A model generated the notes under the pieces. That model did no database searches. It worked only from the letters and a program-made list of their open reading frames with translations, and was not told where the DNA came from. Made by a program: the position numbers and the translations under genes. A DNA stretch of 64,000 bases. It comes from an uncultured Planctomycetaceae bacterium. GTDB taxonomy: Bacteria; Planctomycetota; Planctomycetia; Isosphaerales; Isosphaeraceae. Below, in pieces: positions 37,814 to 46,452 of the stretch. The stretch's first letter is position 1, and each line of letters opens with the position of its first letter. The DNA is taken from the NCBI GenBank assembly GCA_963833985.1, contig CAWIAD010000001.1, forward strand, positions 1,920,001 through 1,984,000, read 5' to 3'.

Positions 37814-38551
37814 ATGGCAGGTCATTCCCATTCGGCCAACATCGCCCACCGCAAGGGGCTTGTTGACGCCAAGCGAGGCAAGCTCTTCAGCAAGCTCTGC
37901 CGCGCCATTTACGTGGCGGCGCGTGTCGGCGGAGGCGATCCCGCCGCCAACATCCGCCTCCGCTACGCGATCGACAAGGCACGGTCGTACAGTTGCCCGA
38001 AGGACAACATTGAACGCTCCATCAAGAAAGCCACAGGGGAGCTCGGTGCGGAAAACTTCGAGGAAGTGGTGTACGAAGGTTATGGGCCTGGCGGCGTGGC
38101 CGTACTCTGCGAGGCACTGACCGACAACCGCAACCGCACCGCGGGAGATCTCCGCCGCGTGTTCGAGGCGGCCGGTGGCAACCTCGGTGCCAGCGGCTGT
38201 GTCAGTTACCTGTTCAACTACCGGGGCCTGTTCGTCATCGACCCGAAACACGTGTCCGAAGACCAGTTGACGGAGTTCGCCCTCGAAGCGGGCGCCGAGA
38301 ATGTCGAGCTCGTGGAAGGCTACTTCGAGCTCACCTGCGACCCCAAGATCTTCGAGACCGTACGCAAGATGCTCGAGGAGCAGAAGATCCCCACCGAAAG
38401 CGCCGAGACGAGCTACATCCCGACCACCTACGTCGACCTCGACGTGGAAAGTGGCAAGAAGATGCTCAAGCTGAAGGACAGCCTCGACGAGAATGAAGAC
38501 GTCCAGAACGTCTACGCCAACGACAACCTGCCGGAAGAAATCCTGGCCTGA
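37814..38551 (+). CDS. yebC: YebC/PmpR family protein
   Basis: MAGHSHSANIAHRKG, YEGYGPGGVA, TDNRNRT, DVQNVYAN. Confidence 0.95.
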   Translation: MAGHSHSANIAHRKGLVDAKRGKLFSKLCRAIYVAARVGGGDPAANIRLRYAIDKARSYSCPKDNIERSIKKATGELGAENFEEVVYEGYGPGGVAVLCEALTDNRNRTAGDLRRVFEAAGGNLGASGCVSYLFNYRGLFVIDPKHVSEDQLTEFALEAGAENVELVEGYFELTCDPKIFETVRKMLEEQKIPTESAETSYIPTTYVDLDVESGKKMLKLKDSLDENEDVQNVYANDNLPEEILA

Positions 38552-38729
38552 TGACGAGCGGCTCGATGGGGCTGCCAGCGCAGCCGGCGATCAGGTGTGG
38601 CAGTGAGTGGCGACTCACCGAGGACAGATGCCGAAGGCTGAGGCAAAGCGTATGGCCGTCACTTCACTCCCCCCTGCCCACCGCCCTCGGCCTACTCTTG
38701 ACAGGCAAGAATGCCTGTCCTCCTTTTCT

Positions 38730-38890
38730 CTCCACTGCCCACTGCCCTCGGCCCACTGCCCACTGCCGCCCTGGTGGGCCTCGCCTGCGGCTCGACCCAC
38801 CCTACAAACTCGCCTGCGGCTCGACCCACCCTACAAACTGCCTACTGCCTACTGTCCACTGCCTAATGCTCACTGCCTGCTGCCCACTGC
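38730..38890. repeat. Heptamer (CYACTGC)n tracts flanking a duplicated GTAG-type REP
   Basis: cccactgcccactgcc... and ctactgcctactgtccactgcc...; CTCGCCTGCGGCTCGACCCACCCTACAAA occurs twice between 38780 and 38840. Confidence 0.8.
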
Positions 38891-38902
38891 TGAAGGAAAC
38901 CC

Positions 38903-40072
38903 ATGCTCACCCCTTTTGTAAAATCCGAACGCCTGCGGAAGCTGCCGCCCTATCTCTTCGCCGAGATCGACCGCAAGAAGAAGGCCGCAATCGCCGCCGG
39001 CCGCGACGTGATCAACCTGGGGGTGGGCGATCCCGACCGGCCCACGCCCACGCCGATCATCCGCAGCTTGCAGCACCATGTCGAGAACCCGGCGTTCCAT
39101 CAATATGCGCTCGACCAGGGCGCACCCGAGCTGCGCCGGTCCATCGCCGCCTTCTGCAAGATGCGCTATGGCATCGACCTTGATCCCGACTCCGAGATCC
39201 TTCCCCTGATCGGCTCCAAGGAAGGCATCGCCCATTTCCCGCTCGCCGTGCTCAACCCCAGCGAGATCAGCCTGGTGCCCGACCCTTGCTACCCGGTCTA
39301 TCGATCGAGCAGCATGTTCGCCGGGGCCGACGTGTACACGATGCCCCTGGAACGCTCCCTCGGCTTCCGCCCCGACCTCGACGCCATCCCCGCCGACGTC
39401 TACAACCTGGCGCGGCTCATGTTCCTGAACTTTCCCAATAACCCCACCGGCGGCACGGCCGACCTGGCGTATTTCGAGCGCGTGGTGGCGCTGGCCCGGA
39501 CGCACGGCTTCGTGGTGGCCCAGGATGCGGCCTACAACGAGATGTATTTTGAACACCCGGTGCCGAGCATCCTCCAGGTCAGCGGAGCCAGGGACGTCGC
39601 CATCGAGTTCCACAGCCTTTCCAAGACCTTCAACATGACCGGCTGGCGCGTCGGCTTCGCCATCGGCGGCGCCCCCATGATCGCCGCGCTCGGGCAGGTG
39701 AAGGCGAACACGGATTCGGGGATCTTCACCGCCATCCAGTTCGCCGCCACGACCGCGCTGGACGAGTACGCCACGCTCACACCGCCCATCCGCGCCCTCT
39801 ACAAGGAGCGCCGGGATGCGTTTGTCGGGGCGCTCGCGAAGCTTGGCTGGGATGTGCCCACTCCCGAAGCGACGTTCTATGTCTGGATTCCCTGCCCGCG
39901 GGGCTACACCTCCACCCAGCTCTGCGGCCGCCTGCTCGAGGAGGCCGACGTCGTCACCACGCCCGGCCTGGGCTTCGGCCGAACCGCCGACGGATACATC
40001 CGCGTCGCGCTCACCGTCGAAACCCCGCGCCTGCTGGAAGCCGTCGATCGCATCGGCAAGCTTGCCTTGTGA
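38903..40072 (+). CDS. dapL: LL-diaminopimelate aminotransferase (class I/II PLP)
   Basis: LPPYLFAEID, LGVGDPD, LIGSKEGIAH, NFPNNPTG, DAAYNE, EFHSLSKTFNMTGWRVG. Confidence 0.88.
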   Translation: MLTPFVKSERLRKLPPYLFAEIDRKKKAAIAAGRDVINLGVGDPDRPTPTPIIRSLQHHVENPAFHQYALDQGAPELRRSIAAFCKMRYGIDLDPDSEILPLIGSKEGIAHFPLAVLNPSEISLVPDPCYPVYRSSSMFAGADVYTMPLERSLGFRPDLDAIPADVYNLARLMFLNFPNNPTGGTADLAYFERVVALARTHGFVVAQDAAYNEMYFEHPVPSILQVSGARDVAIEFHSLSKTFNMTGWRVGFAIGGAPMIAALGQVKANTDSGIFTAIQFAATTALDEYATLTPPIRALYKERRDAFVGALAKLGWDVPTPEATFYVWIPCPRGYTSTQLCGRLLEEADVVTTPGLGFGRTADGYIRVALTVETPRLLEAVDRIGKLAL

Positions 40073-40096
40073 ACGCGTCTTCCCCAGGGGTCGCGC

Positions 40097-41068
40097 ATGG
40101 GTACGCTCGCTCTGATTGGCCTGGGATCGAACCTGGGAGACCGCAAGGCTAACCTCGACGGTGCTGTCGAGACGCTTGGCCGCGTATCAGGCATCGCCGT
40201 TCACGCCGTCAGCTCGTACCACGAAACGAAGCCCGTCGGCGGCCCGGGCGGGCAGGGGGCGTTCCTCAACGCGTCGGCCGCCATCGAGACAGCCCTGGAG
40301 CCGCTCGCGCTGCTGCGCCGGCTGCACCAGGTTGAGGCTAGCACGGGCCGGGTTCGTACCGTCCGCTGGGGCGAGCGTACGCTCGATCTCGACCTGCTGC
40401 TCTACGGCGATGCGATCGTCGACACGCCCGAACTGACTGTTCCCCACCCCCGCATGGCCGTGCGCCGGTTCGTGCTGGCGCCGCTCGAGGAAATTGCACC
40501 GGACTGCACGGACCCGCTCACCGGGCGTTCCATCCAGCAGCTACGCGAGAACCTGGATCGGCGGCCGAGTTATCTGGCTCTGGAAGGCTGGTGGAAACAG
40601 CCCGAAAAACGCCAGGTGCTCGAGCGGCTCGTCGCGGAGTTGAACACGGGTTGCTGGAGCCAGACCGACCTGGAGCGCTTCGTGGACCGTGGCTGCCTTG
40701 CGGGTGCGGTCTCCTTGCTGTTCGGGCCGCTCGAAAAAAGCCTGGAGTTCCTGGCAACCCGCGATCGCCAGATATTCGGCAACCGCTGGATCGTCACCGA
40801 TTTCACGGTGGACGATCTTGCCGCCGATGCCCACGAGCGATGGGGCCCCCTCGAGCACGCCAGGCCGGGCTCGCTCACCAGCCAGCACGCCCGGCGCACG
40901 CTGGATCTCATCGAGCCCACGTTCATCGTCGCCGGCCATCGAGGTCCACATCGCCATGCGGATGCCGGAGCGATCCTCCGATCGACGCCCCGGCTGGTTC
41001 CCCGACCTGGAAACGCCGATACCCTGGTCGCGGAAATCCTCGCCGCGTGCACCGCGACGCGAACCTGA
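40097..41068 (+). CDS. folK: 2-amino-4-hydroxy-6-hydroxymethyldihydropteridine diphosphokinase with C-terminal extension
   Basis: IGLGSNLGDR, FLNAS, RWGERTLDLDLLLY, LTVPHPRM, RRFVLAPL. Confidence 0.93.
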   Translation: MGTLALIGLGSNLGDRKANLDGAVETLGRVSGIAVHAVSSYHETKPVGGPGGQGAFLNASAAIETALEPLALLRRLHQVEASTGRVRTVRWGERTLDLDLLLYGDAIVDTPELTVPHPRMAVRRFVLAPLEEIAPDCTDPLTGRSIQQLRENLDRRPSYLALEGWWKQPEKRQVLERLVAELNTGCWSQTDLERFVDRGCLAGAVSLLFGPLEKSLEFLATRDRQIFGNRWIVTDFTVDDLAADAHERWGPLEHARPGSLTSQHARRTLDLIEPTFIVAGHRGPHRHADAGAILRSTPRLVPRPGNADTLVAEILAACTATRT

Positions 41069-41160
41069 ACGGGGTCGTGACCCTCCACCGTCTTGCCCGC
41101 TTGTGGTACGCTTTTATCATTCCTTCACGGAACACTGTCCCGGGCGGTGGCACACGCATC

Positions 41161-41667
41161 ATGGCCAAAAAAGAGGCGGTAAAACCATCGGCGAAGGGTA
41201 AGGCTCCGGCCGCCGACGCGGGCATCAAGATCGTCGCGCGGAACCGCAAGGCGCGGCATGAGTACGAGCTTCTCGAGAAGGTGGAGGCCGGGCTGGTGCT
41301 CACCGGAACCGAGGTGAAGAGCCTGCGTAACGGCAAGGCGAACCTGGAAGACGCCTACGCGGAGATTGACAGGGACGAGGTCTGGCTGCTCGGCTGCGAC
41401 ATTCCCGAGTACCTCCAGGCCAACCGCATGAACCACGTTCCCAAGCGCAGGCGCAAGCTGCTGTTGCATCGCCGCGAGATCGCCAAGCTCGGGTCCAAGT
41501 CCGGCGAGAAGGGCCTGACGCTGGTGCCGCTGTCGATCTACTTCAAGAACGGCATCGCCAAGGTGGAGCTCTCGGTCGCGCGCGGCCGCAAGACCTACGA
41601 CAAGCGGGAAGCGATCAAGAAGCAGGACGCCAAGCGCGACATCGACAGGGCGAGCCGCCGGCGCTGA
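41161..41667 (+). CDS. smpB: SsrA-binding protein
   Basis: NRKARHEY, EAGLVLTGTEVKSLR, RKLLLHRREI, GRKTYDKRE. Confidence 0.97.
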   Translation: MAKKEAVKPSAKGKAPAADAGIKIVARNRKARHEYELLEKVEAGLVLTGTEVKSLRNGKANLEDAYAEIDRDEVWLLGCDIPEYLQANRMNHVPKRRRKLLLHRREIAKLGSKSGEKGLTLVPLSIYFKNGIAKVELSVARGRKTYDKREAIKKQDAKRDIDRASRRR

Positions 41668-41702
41668 TGGGATGCTGAAGGAAGATCCCGGTAGCAAAGC
41701 GG

Positions 41703-41730
41703 TGGACATCGGCGTGATCCGCCGTAGAAT
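41703..41730 (+). promoter_or_regulatory. Putative ssrA promoter
   Basis: TGGACA-16 bp-TAGAAT, ~30 bp upstream of the tmRNA 5' end. Confidence 0.5.
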
Positions 41731-41761
41731 GCTACTGGCCAGACTGTTGCCTGGACCATTC

Positions 41762-42128
41762 GGGGGCGAACCAGGATCGACCGGATGACCGAGGTGAACG
41801 GCGGCGTGCCGAGGTTGGTCAGCAGGCCTCGTAAAAAGCCGACCGAAACTTAACTGCCGACACTTACGTGCCGCAGTACCGTCTCGCTGCCTAAACCACA
41901 GCAACGGCCTCGCGCCGGGCCTTCTCCCGAGAGGTTCGGCCGGGGACGACAATTCGGGATCGCCTGAGCCAAACCTCCCGTTGCGGCCCGGGTTAAACTC
42001 ATGATGGGATAAGCCGAAGGGGACCCTGCCGGTCGGGGCCCCCAGGCCGACAATCAAACGATCGGCTACGCACGTAGATGCTCTCACTGACGCTTCTCGG
42101 GACGCGGGTGCAATTCCCGCCGCCTCCA
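41762..42128 (+). ncRNA. ssrA: tmRNA; tag peptide (A)ADTYVPQYRLAA* at 41856-41894
   Basis: 5' GGGGGCGAACCAGGATCGAC, 3' GACGCGGGTGCAATTCCCGCCGCCTCCA, TAACT before the resume codon, tag ending LAA-TAA; directly after smpB. Confidence 0.96.
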
Positions 42129-42419
42129 CTACATGTGATGTAAGTTACTCCAGATAATACGTTTACGTCGATCAGAGACACTGCTTGGCTTCCCGACACA
42201 TCCAATCCTCGGCAAGATTACCGGCCGACGGCGAACGACGGAACGTCCTCTGAACTTTTGGTTCGAGACGTTCGTGTTCTTGGCCAGGACGTCGCTGTTT
42301 GCCCCCGGCGTGGCGAATGGCACCGGAACTCCAGCGCTCCCGCGGCGCGAGCATGGGACTCCCGCTTGGCGGTAGAACATCTCGGCGCAACGTTGCGGAA
42401 TCGAGGCAAGGTGCTGGGA

Positions 42420-42503
42420 TAAAAAACGAGCCGCGTCCCTGTTTCCTCTGGGAAAAAAACGAGCGGCGTCCCCGTTTCCTCCTCCGTCCCCGTTTCCTCC
42501 TCC
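42420..42503. repeat. Short degenerate direct repeats AAAAACGAGCSGCGTCCCYGTTTCCTC
   Basis: Two full copies plus a third partial copy (CGTCCCCGTTTCCTCCTCC). Confidence 0.7.
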
Positions 42504-42553
42504 TCGCCGCACGGCGGCTTCTTCCAGATTCAGCCGCGGCAAAACAGAATCCA

Positions 42554-42997
42554 TCAAGGCCATTGCGCCACCGTGAGGCCGGAGATACGCTCGAAATGGG
42601 CGAGGTTATTGGTCACCAGCGTCGCGGCGAGTGCGACGGCATGTGCGGCGATCAACAGGTCCATGGCGCCGATGATCTGGCCGGCTCTTTCCAGTTCGTC
42701 CCGGATCCGGCCGTAGTGCGCCGGGCAGGTGACGCCGTCGTGGTCGTACACCTCGAATGGCGTCAGGATCTCTTGAACGGCGGCGAGCTCGGTTTCATGA
42801 TCGCCACTCTTGCGGGCACCGAATTCGAGCTCCGAGACCGTGATGGCCGAAAGTCCGACCAGGTCGCCCCTCGTCTGGACCTCTCGGCATCGTGTGATCA
42901 GCGCCAGGGCCCTTTCGCGGCGGGCGCGCTGACGAGACGGCGCCTTGAGCCCGCGCAACATGAAGAAGACCATGTCCGTGTCCAGCATGTAGAGCAC
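42554..42997 (-). CDS. vapC: PIN-domain toxin VapC
   Basis: YMLDTD, SAITVSELEFG, IGAMDLLIAAHA, LVTNN..HFERI. Confidence 0.93.
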   Translation of the reverse strand: MLYMLDTDMVFFMLRGLKAPSRQRARRERALALITRCREVQTRGDLVGLSAITVSELEFGARKSGDHETELAAVQEILTPFEVYDHDGVTCPAHYGRIRDELERAGQIIGAMDLLIAAHAVALAATLVTNNLAHFERISGLTVAQWP

Positions 42998-43002
42998 GGC
43001 AG

Positions 43003-43224
43003 TCAGGCCCGTGATTCGAGCGGAGGTTGGACGCGCTCGTGGCTCAAGAAGTCGTCGGAGAGTTTCTCGACGCCTTCGAAGAAGATCTCCCAGGGGTCCC
43101 TGGTGATCACGAGGAATCCCTCACTCGTGCGCTTCAGGTGGACCGTGTCCGACTCGACGCGAAATTCCTTTGGTAGCCGGATCGCCTGGCTGCGACCATT
43201 CTGAAATACCCTGGCGATCGCCAT
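43003..43224 (-). CDS. vapB: AbrB/MazE-type antitoxin VapB
   Basis: ARVFQNGRSQAIRLPKEFR; immediately upstream of vapC. Confidence 0.93.
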   Translation of the reverse strand: MAIARVFQNGRSQAIRLPKEFRVESDTVHLKRTSEGFLVITRDPWEIFFEGVEKLSDDFLSHERVQPPLESRA

Positions 43225-43335
43225 GATTAGCCTCCGCGACTCTATGGTATCTATCGTATGGTAGATCTCTCTCGCATGGCGGGCAAGGTCGTGCTGCGCC
43301 CCGTGGGATGCGTCGACAAACGACCTCGCCGAATC

Positions 43336-43590
43336 TCACTGGGGTTTCGCGTTGCCGGCCTTACGCGTCAGGACATCGAGTTCAACCTGGAGGGCCAGCC
43401 CGCCACGCCGCTCGGCATCGGGGAGTCCTCCGAGGCCCTCCGCATCCCGGACGGCGACCAGATCGGTGTCCTTCCGGCATTGTGACAGTCCCGGGAATAC
43501 GGGATTGCGATCCTGCGGCGAGCCGGAAACCAGCATGCGGGACCTGATCTCCAGGTCGGCCTTGACCCAGGTGCGAACGGCGGAGCGGGA
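43336..43590 (-). pseudogene. Decayed fragment of a Ser/Thr kinase C-terminal domain
   Basis: RSAVRTWVKADLEIRSRMLVSGSPQD...KDTDLVAVRDAEGLGGLPDAERR aligns with RRQALDWLRAELAASAKRLESGPSQD...QDSDLAGIREAESLARLTVDEQK of the kinase at 18036-18266. Confidence 0.7.
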
Positions 43591-43954
43591 TACGAAGCAA
43601 CCCCGAATCGCTTCCCAAACAAAGCCGAGGGAAAGGATGTTCACGGTCCCGGGCACGCCTTACATTCCTGTTGCGCTTGTCCGGAGGATCAAATCCTCTC
43701 TCGCTGTAGACCCGCCAGGCGAAGTCAAGAAGCGGTGGGCCGGGGAAGCAGAGCCGGGCACCAGCCTGACACAGAAGGAATCGAGGTGACGACGGCGCCA
43801 CGCCTGGCGCATCCGGGCCGCCCAGCTTCGTCCATCAAACCTGATCGGCGCCTACTTCGTGTCGTCCGAGCGTCGCGGCGCCGGGCAGCCTTCTTTCCAC
43901 GACGAGCGTGCCGTAGTTCAGGAACGATCGACTGGATCAACTCCGTGAAATCAT

Positions 43955-43980
43955 GGGTTCAAATCCCGCCGCCCCGACTA
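43955..43980 (+). other. tRNA/tmRNA 3'-end fragment (possible att-site remnant)
   Basis: GGGTTCAAATCCCGCCGCCCCGACTA: T-loop plus acceptor strand; 22/26 identical to the ssrA 3' end; no upstream tRNA body recognised. Confidence 0.55.
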
Positions 43981-44286
43981 TTCTTCTCGCATCGTTGTTT
44001 TGTGGCACTTTTTGGGGTCTTACCTGGTTCAATCGCAAAGTTGAGTTTTCACTATTGATCGCCTGACTCGTCACAGGTACGTTCTCATAATCACTTGACG
44101 AGTTCAAATCCTGTTGCTTGCTTGGCAAGGCAAACCCGGCCGGAAAACTCTTTGGACGACTTGTCGAATTCCGGACCGGCCGTTCGATCAGATAGTGAAG
44201 GCGGGGAACATGGCCCGCCCGAGGACCGTCACTCAAGGCGGCATCCTGAGCGACACGGCGGGAAACCTATGCGGAGGTGTGAGGGA

Positions 44287-44871
44287 ATGGGAAAGCTGGT
44301 ATTCGGAATGATGCAATCGCTCGACGGCTACGTCGCTGGCCTCGCGGGCGGGCCTGGATCGGATGGCTACGTCGCTGGCCTCGCGGCCGGGCTGGAATTA
44401 CCGCCGCCCGATGCGTCACTCCACCGTCATTTCAACGATCACGTCCGCGGCCTGGCCGGCAGTTTGTGCGGTCGCCGTATGTACGAAGTGATGCGTTACT
44501 GGGACGAGGACCAGCCGGAGTGGGATGTGGTCGATCACGACTTCGCGGCAGTGTGGAGGGCGCTGCCGAAATGGGTCGTGTCACGCTCGCTCAAATCGGT
44601 TGGCGCAAACGCTACGCTCGTGGCTGCCGACGTCGAAGCGTTCGTGCGCGGCCTGAAGGCGGAAGTCGTGGGCGAAATCGACGTCGCCGGGCCCGAACTC
44701 GCGGGGTGCTTGACCGACCTCGGTCTCATCGACGAGTACCGTCTCTACTTCCGCCCGTTTGTGCTCGGCCGCGGCAAGCCGTACTTCGCCGGTGCCAGGC
44801 CGCCCCTCCGACTTATCGCCGCCGATCGCGTCGGCGAGGATGCGGTCAGGCTGACGTACGTCCCTATTTGA
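44287..44871 (+). CDS. Dihydrofolate reductase / RibD C-terminal family protein
   Basis: MMQSLDGYVAG, GRRMYEVM, PKWVVSRSL, LIDEYRLYFRPFVLGRGKPYF. Confidence 0.9.
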   Translation: MGKLVFGMMQSLDGYVAGLAGGPGSDGYVAGLAAGLELPPPDASLHRHFNDHVRGLAGSLCGRRMYEVMRYWDEDQPEWDVVDHDFAAVWRALPKWVVSRSLKSVGANATLVAADVEAFVRGLKAEVVGEIDVAGPELAGCLTDLGLIDEYRLYFRPFVLGRGKPYFAGARPPLRLIAADRVGEDAVRLTYVPI

Positions 44872-45392
44872 TCACGATATCGCGACTACATACATAACTG
44901 CGACCATCCGGGCGTGTCGCCACAGCCGTTCGATAATGGCGGAACCGTGCAAGAATCGAGTTCAATGATCATTGCGGGAAGCTCTGCGGTTCCGGGTGAG
45001 TTGACGCAAGTTCTTTCGCACTCATACGATCAGCCGCTCAAAACCCTGCACCCATTTGGGGCGGTCAATTCACAAGCCGCTTAACTCCACTTACATGTTG
45101 AGCAGGCTGCGCAAGCCGAGGCGTGCGGTGACAGAATGGGAGCGCTGGTATACAACACAGTCGGAACAGTGCAAGGGTGGGAGCTTGCACGCGGTAGGTG
45201 GCGACCTCTGTGTAAAGCAGGCCTCGCGGGATCAATTCTCCGCTGTCGCCGCAGGAGTGTCGGCACGCAGGTAGATGTTTTCTTGCGTGCTGCCTGAGGC
45301 GATCGACATGCGAACGAGGGGTGGTTTTGGTTCGTCCTCTGCAACAACTGTTCACCGAACCGCGGCAAACATGCTCCAACGGGGGTGGCTCC

Positions 45393-46388
45393 ATGACACG
45401 TTCAGACGCGATCACCAGGCGGCGACTCATGAAGGCCGGGCTCATCGTCGCCGGAGCACCGTTCTGCCCCGAGGCACTGTTCGACGGGCGCGCCGCCGCG
45501 GACGATGAGAAGCCGGCGGAGGAAACTCCGATCGGGCCGCGGGAAATCGTGAAAGGCCTCGACGGCATGAGCCGGGTCGCCGAGACGGGGAACACATTCG
45601 GCCTCGGGCACAACGCGGCCGCCGTCATCTCGTCCGCGTTCTTCTGCCGTGAGCAGAAACTCGACGCCGACACGCAGAAGGAGATTCTGGCCCTTCTCGA
45701 CACCCGGCTGCTCAAGAACCCGATCTACGCGGCCGGCCGGCCGAAGGAGACCGCGGATCCGACGCTCACCGAGGGTCTGCTTGAAGACCTCGACGCCGGC
45801 ATCGCCACACTGCGTGGGAAAGGTCACAACATCATCTTCGCGGTCACCTGCCTCAAGGCCCTCCGCGCGGTGCCCGAGGCAGTGACGCCCGAACGGATCG
45901 ACGGCCTGCGGAAGATGGTTCGGAGCTTCGGGAAGACAAGGGGCGGGGCCGAGGAGGATCCGGATCCGCCACTCGTGGGTCTCGACGACGAGCAGCAATT
46001 CGTCCACTTCATCTTTGAGGAATTCCTGAAGGCAGCGGGCGATGGGTTTGACGGGCACGTGTTGACGATCGGTCACGCCTTGCTCGAGTTGCATCGCATG
46101 GGACAGAAGGAACTGGCCCGCAAGGGCGTGCCGGCCTACTGGGAGTGGTGCCGGGGGGCACGCGCGAATGAGGGCGAGGGCGAAGTCCCGCCTGCTCCGC
46201 CCCAGGCACCGACCCCGCTCACCCGCGAGTACTGGGCTGCACAGGCGAAGCGCCGTATCGGCGAGATCGTCAGCAGCCACAGGGTGAAGTACCCCTACAG
46301 CTTCTACGCTCTGGCAAAGGACGTGAAGGACGAGGACCTGAAGAAGCGGATTCTGGCGAAGGTGTACCGCTTGACCGCGACGAACTGA
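45393..46388 (+). CDS. Hypothetical protein with Tat-like signal and repeated His motifs
   Basis: TRRRLMKAGL signal; GHNAAAV, GHNIIFA, GHVLTIGHAL, SHRVKY; coding-like GC3 bias. Confidence 0.7.
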   Translation: MTRSDAITRRRLMKAGLIVAGAPFCPEALFDGRAAADDEKPAEETPIGPREIVKGLDGMSRVAETGNTFGLGHNAAAVISSAFFCREQKLDADTQKEILALLDTRLLKNPIYAAGRPKETADPTLTEGLLEDLDAGIATLRGKGHNIIFAVTCLKALRAVPEAVTPERIDGLRKMVRSFGKTRGGAEEDPDPPLVGLDDEQQFVHFIFEEFLKAAGDGFDGHVLTIGHALLELHRMGQKELARKGVPAYWEWCRGARANEGEGEVPPAPPQAPTPLTREYWAAQAKRRIGEIVSSHRVKYPYSFYALAKDVKDEDLKKRILAKVYRLTATN

Positions 46389-46452
46389 CCTCGAACGTTG
46401 ATCGTCCCTTCGCCGCGTCCCCGGGCGAGCAGACGACCGGTGAGTGCCGCGA

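Noticed and set aside
43258..43485. Plus-strand ORF with an integrase-like 'GFRVAGLTRQDIEF' stretch
   Set aside because: Better explained as the antisense of the kinase-tail relic; no other catalytic motifs.
43900..43980. Complete tRNA gene
   Set aside because: Only the T-loop and 3' acceptor strand are recognisable; no D-arm or anticodon arm.
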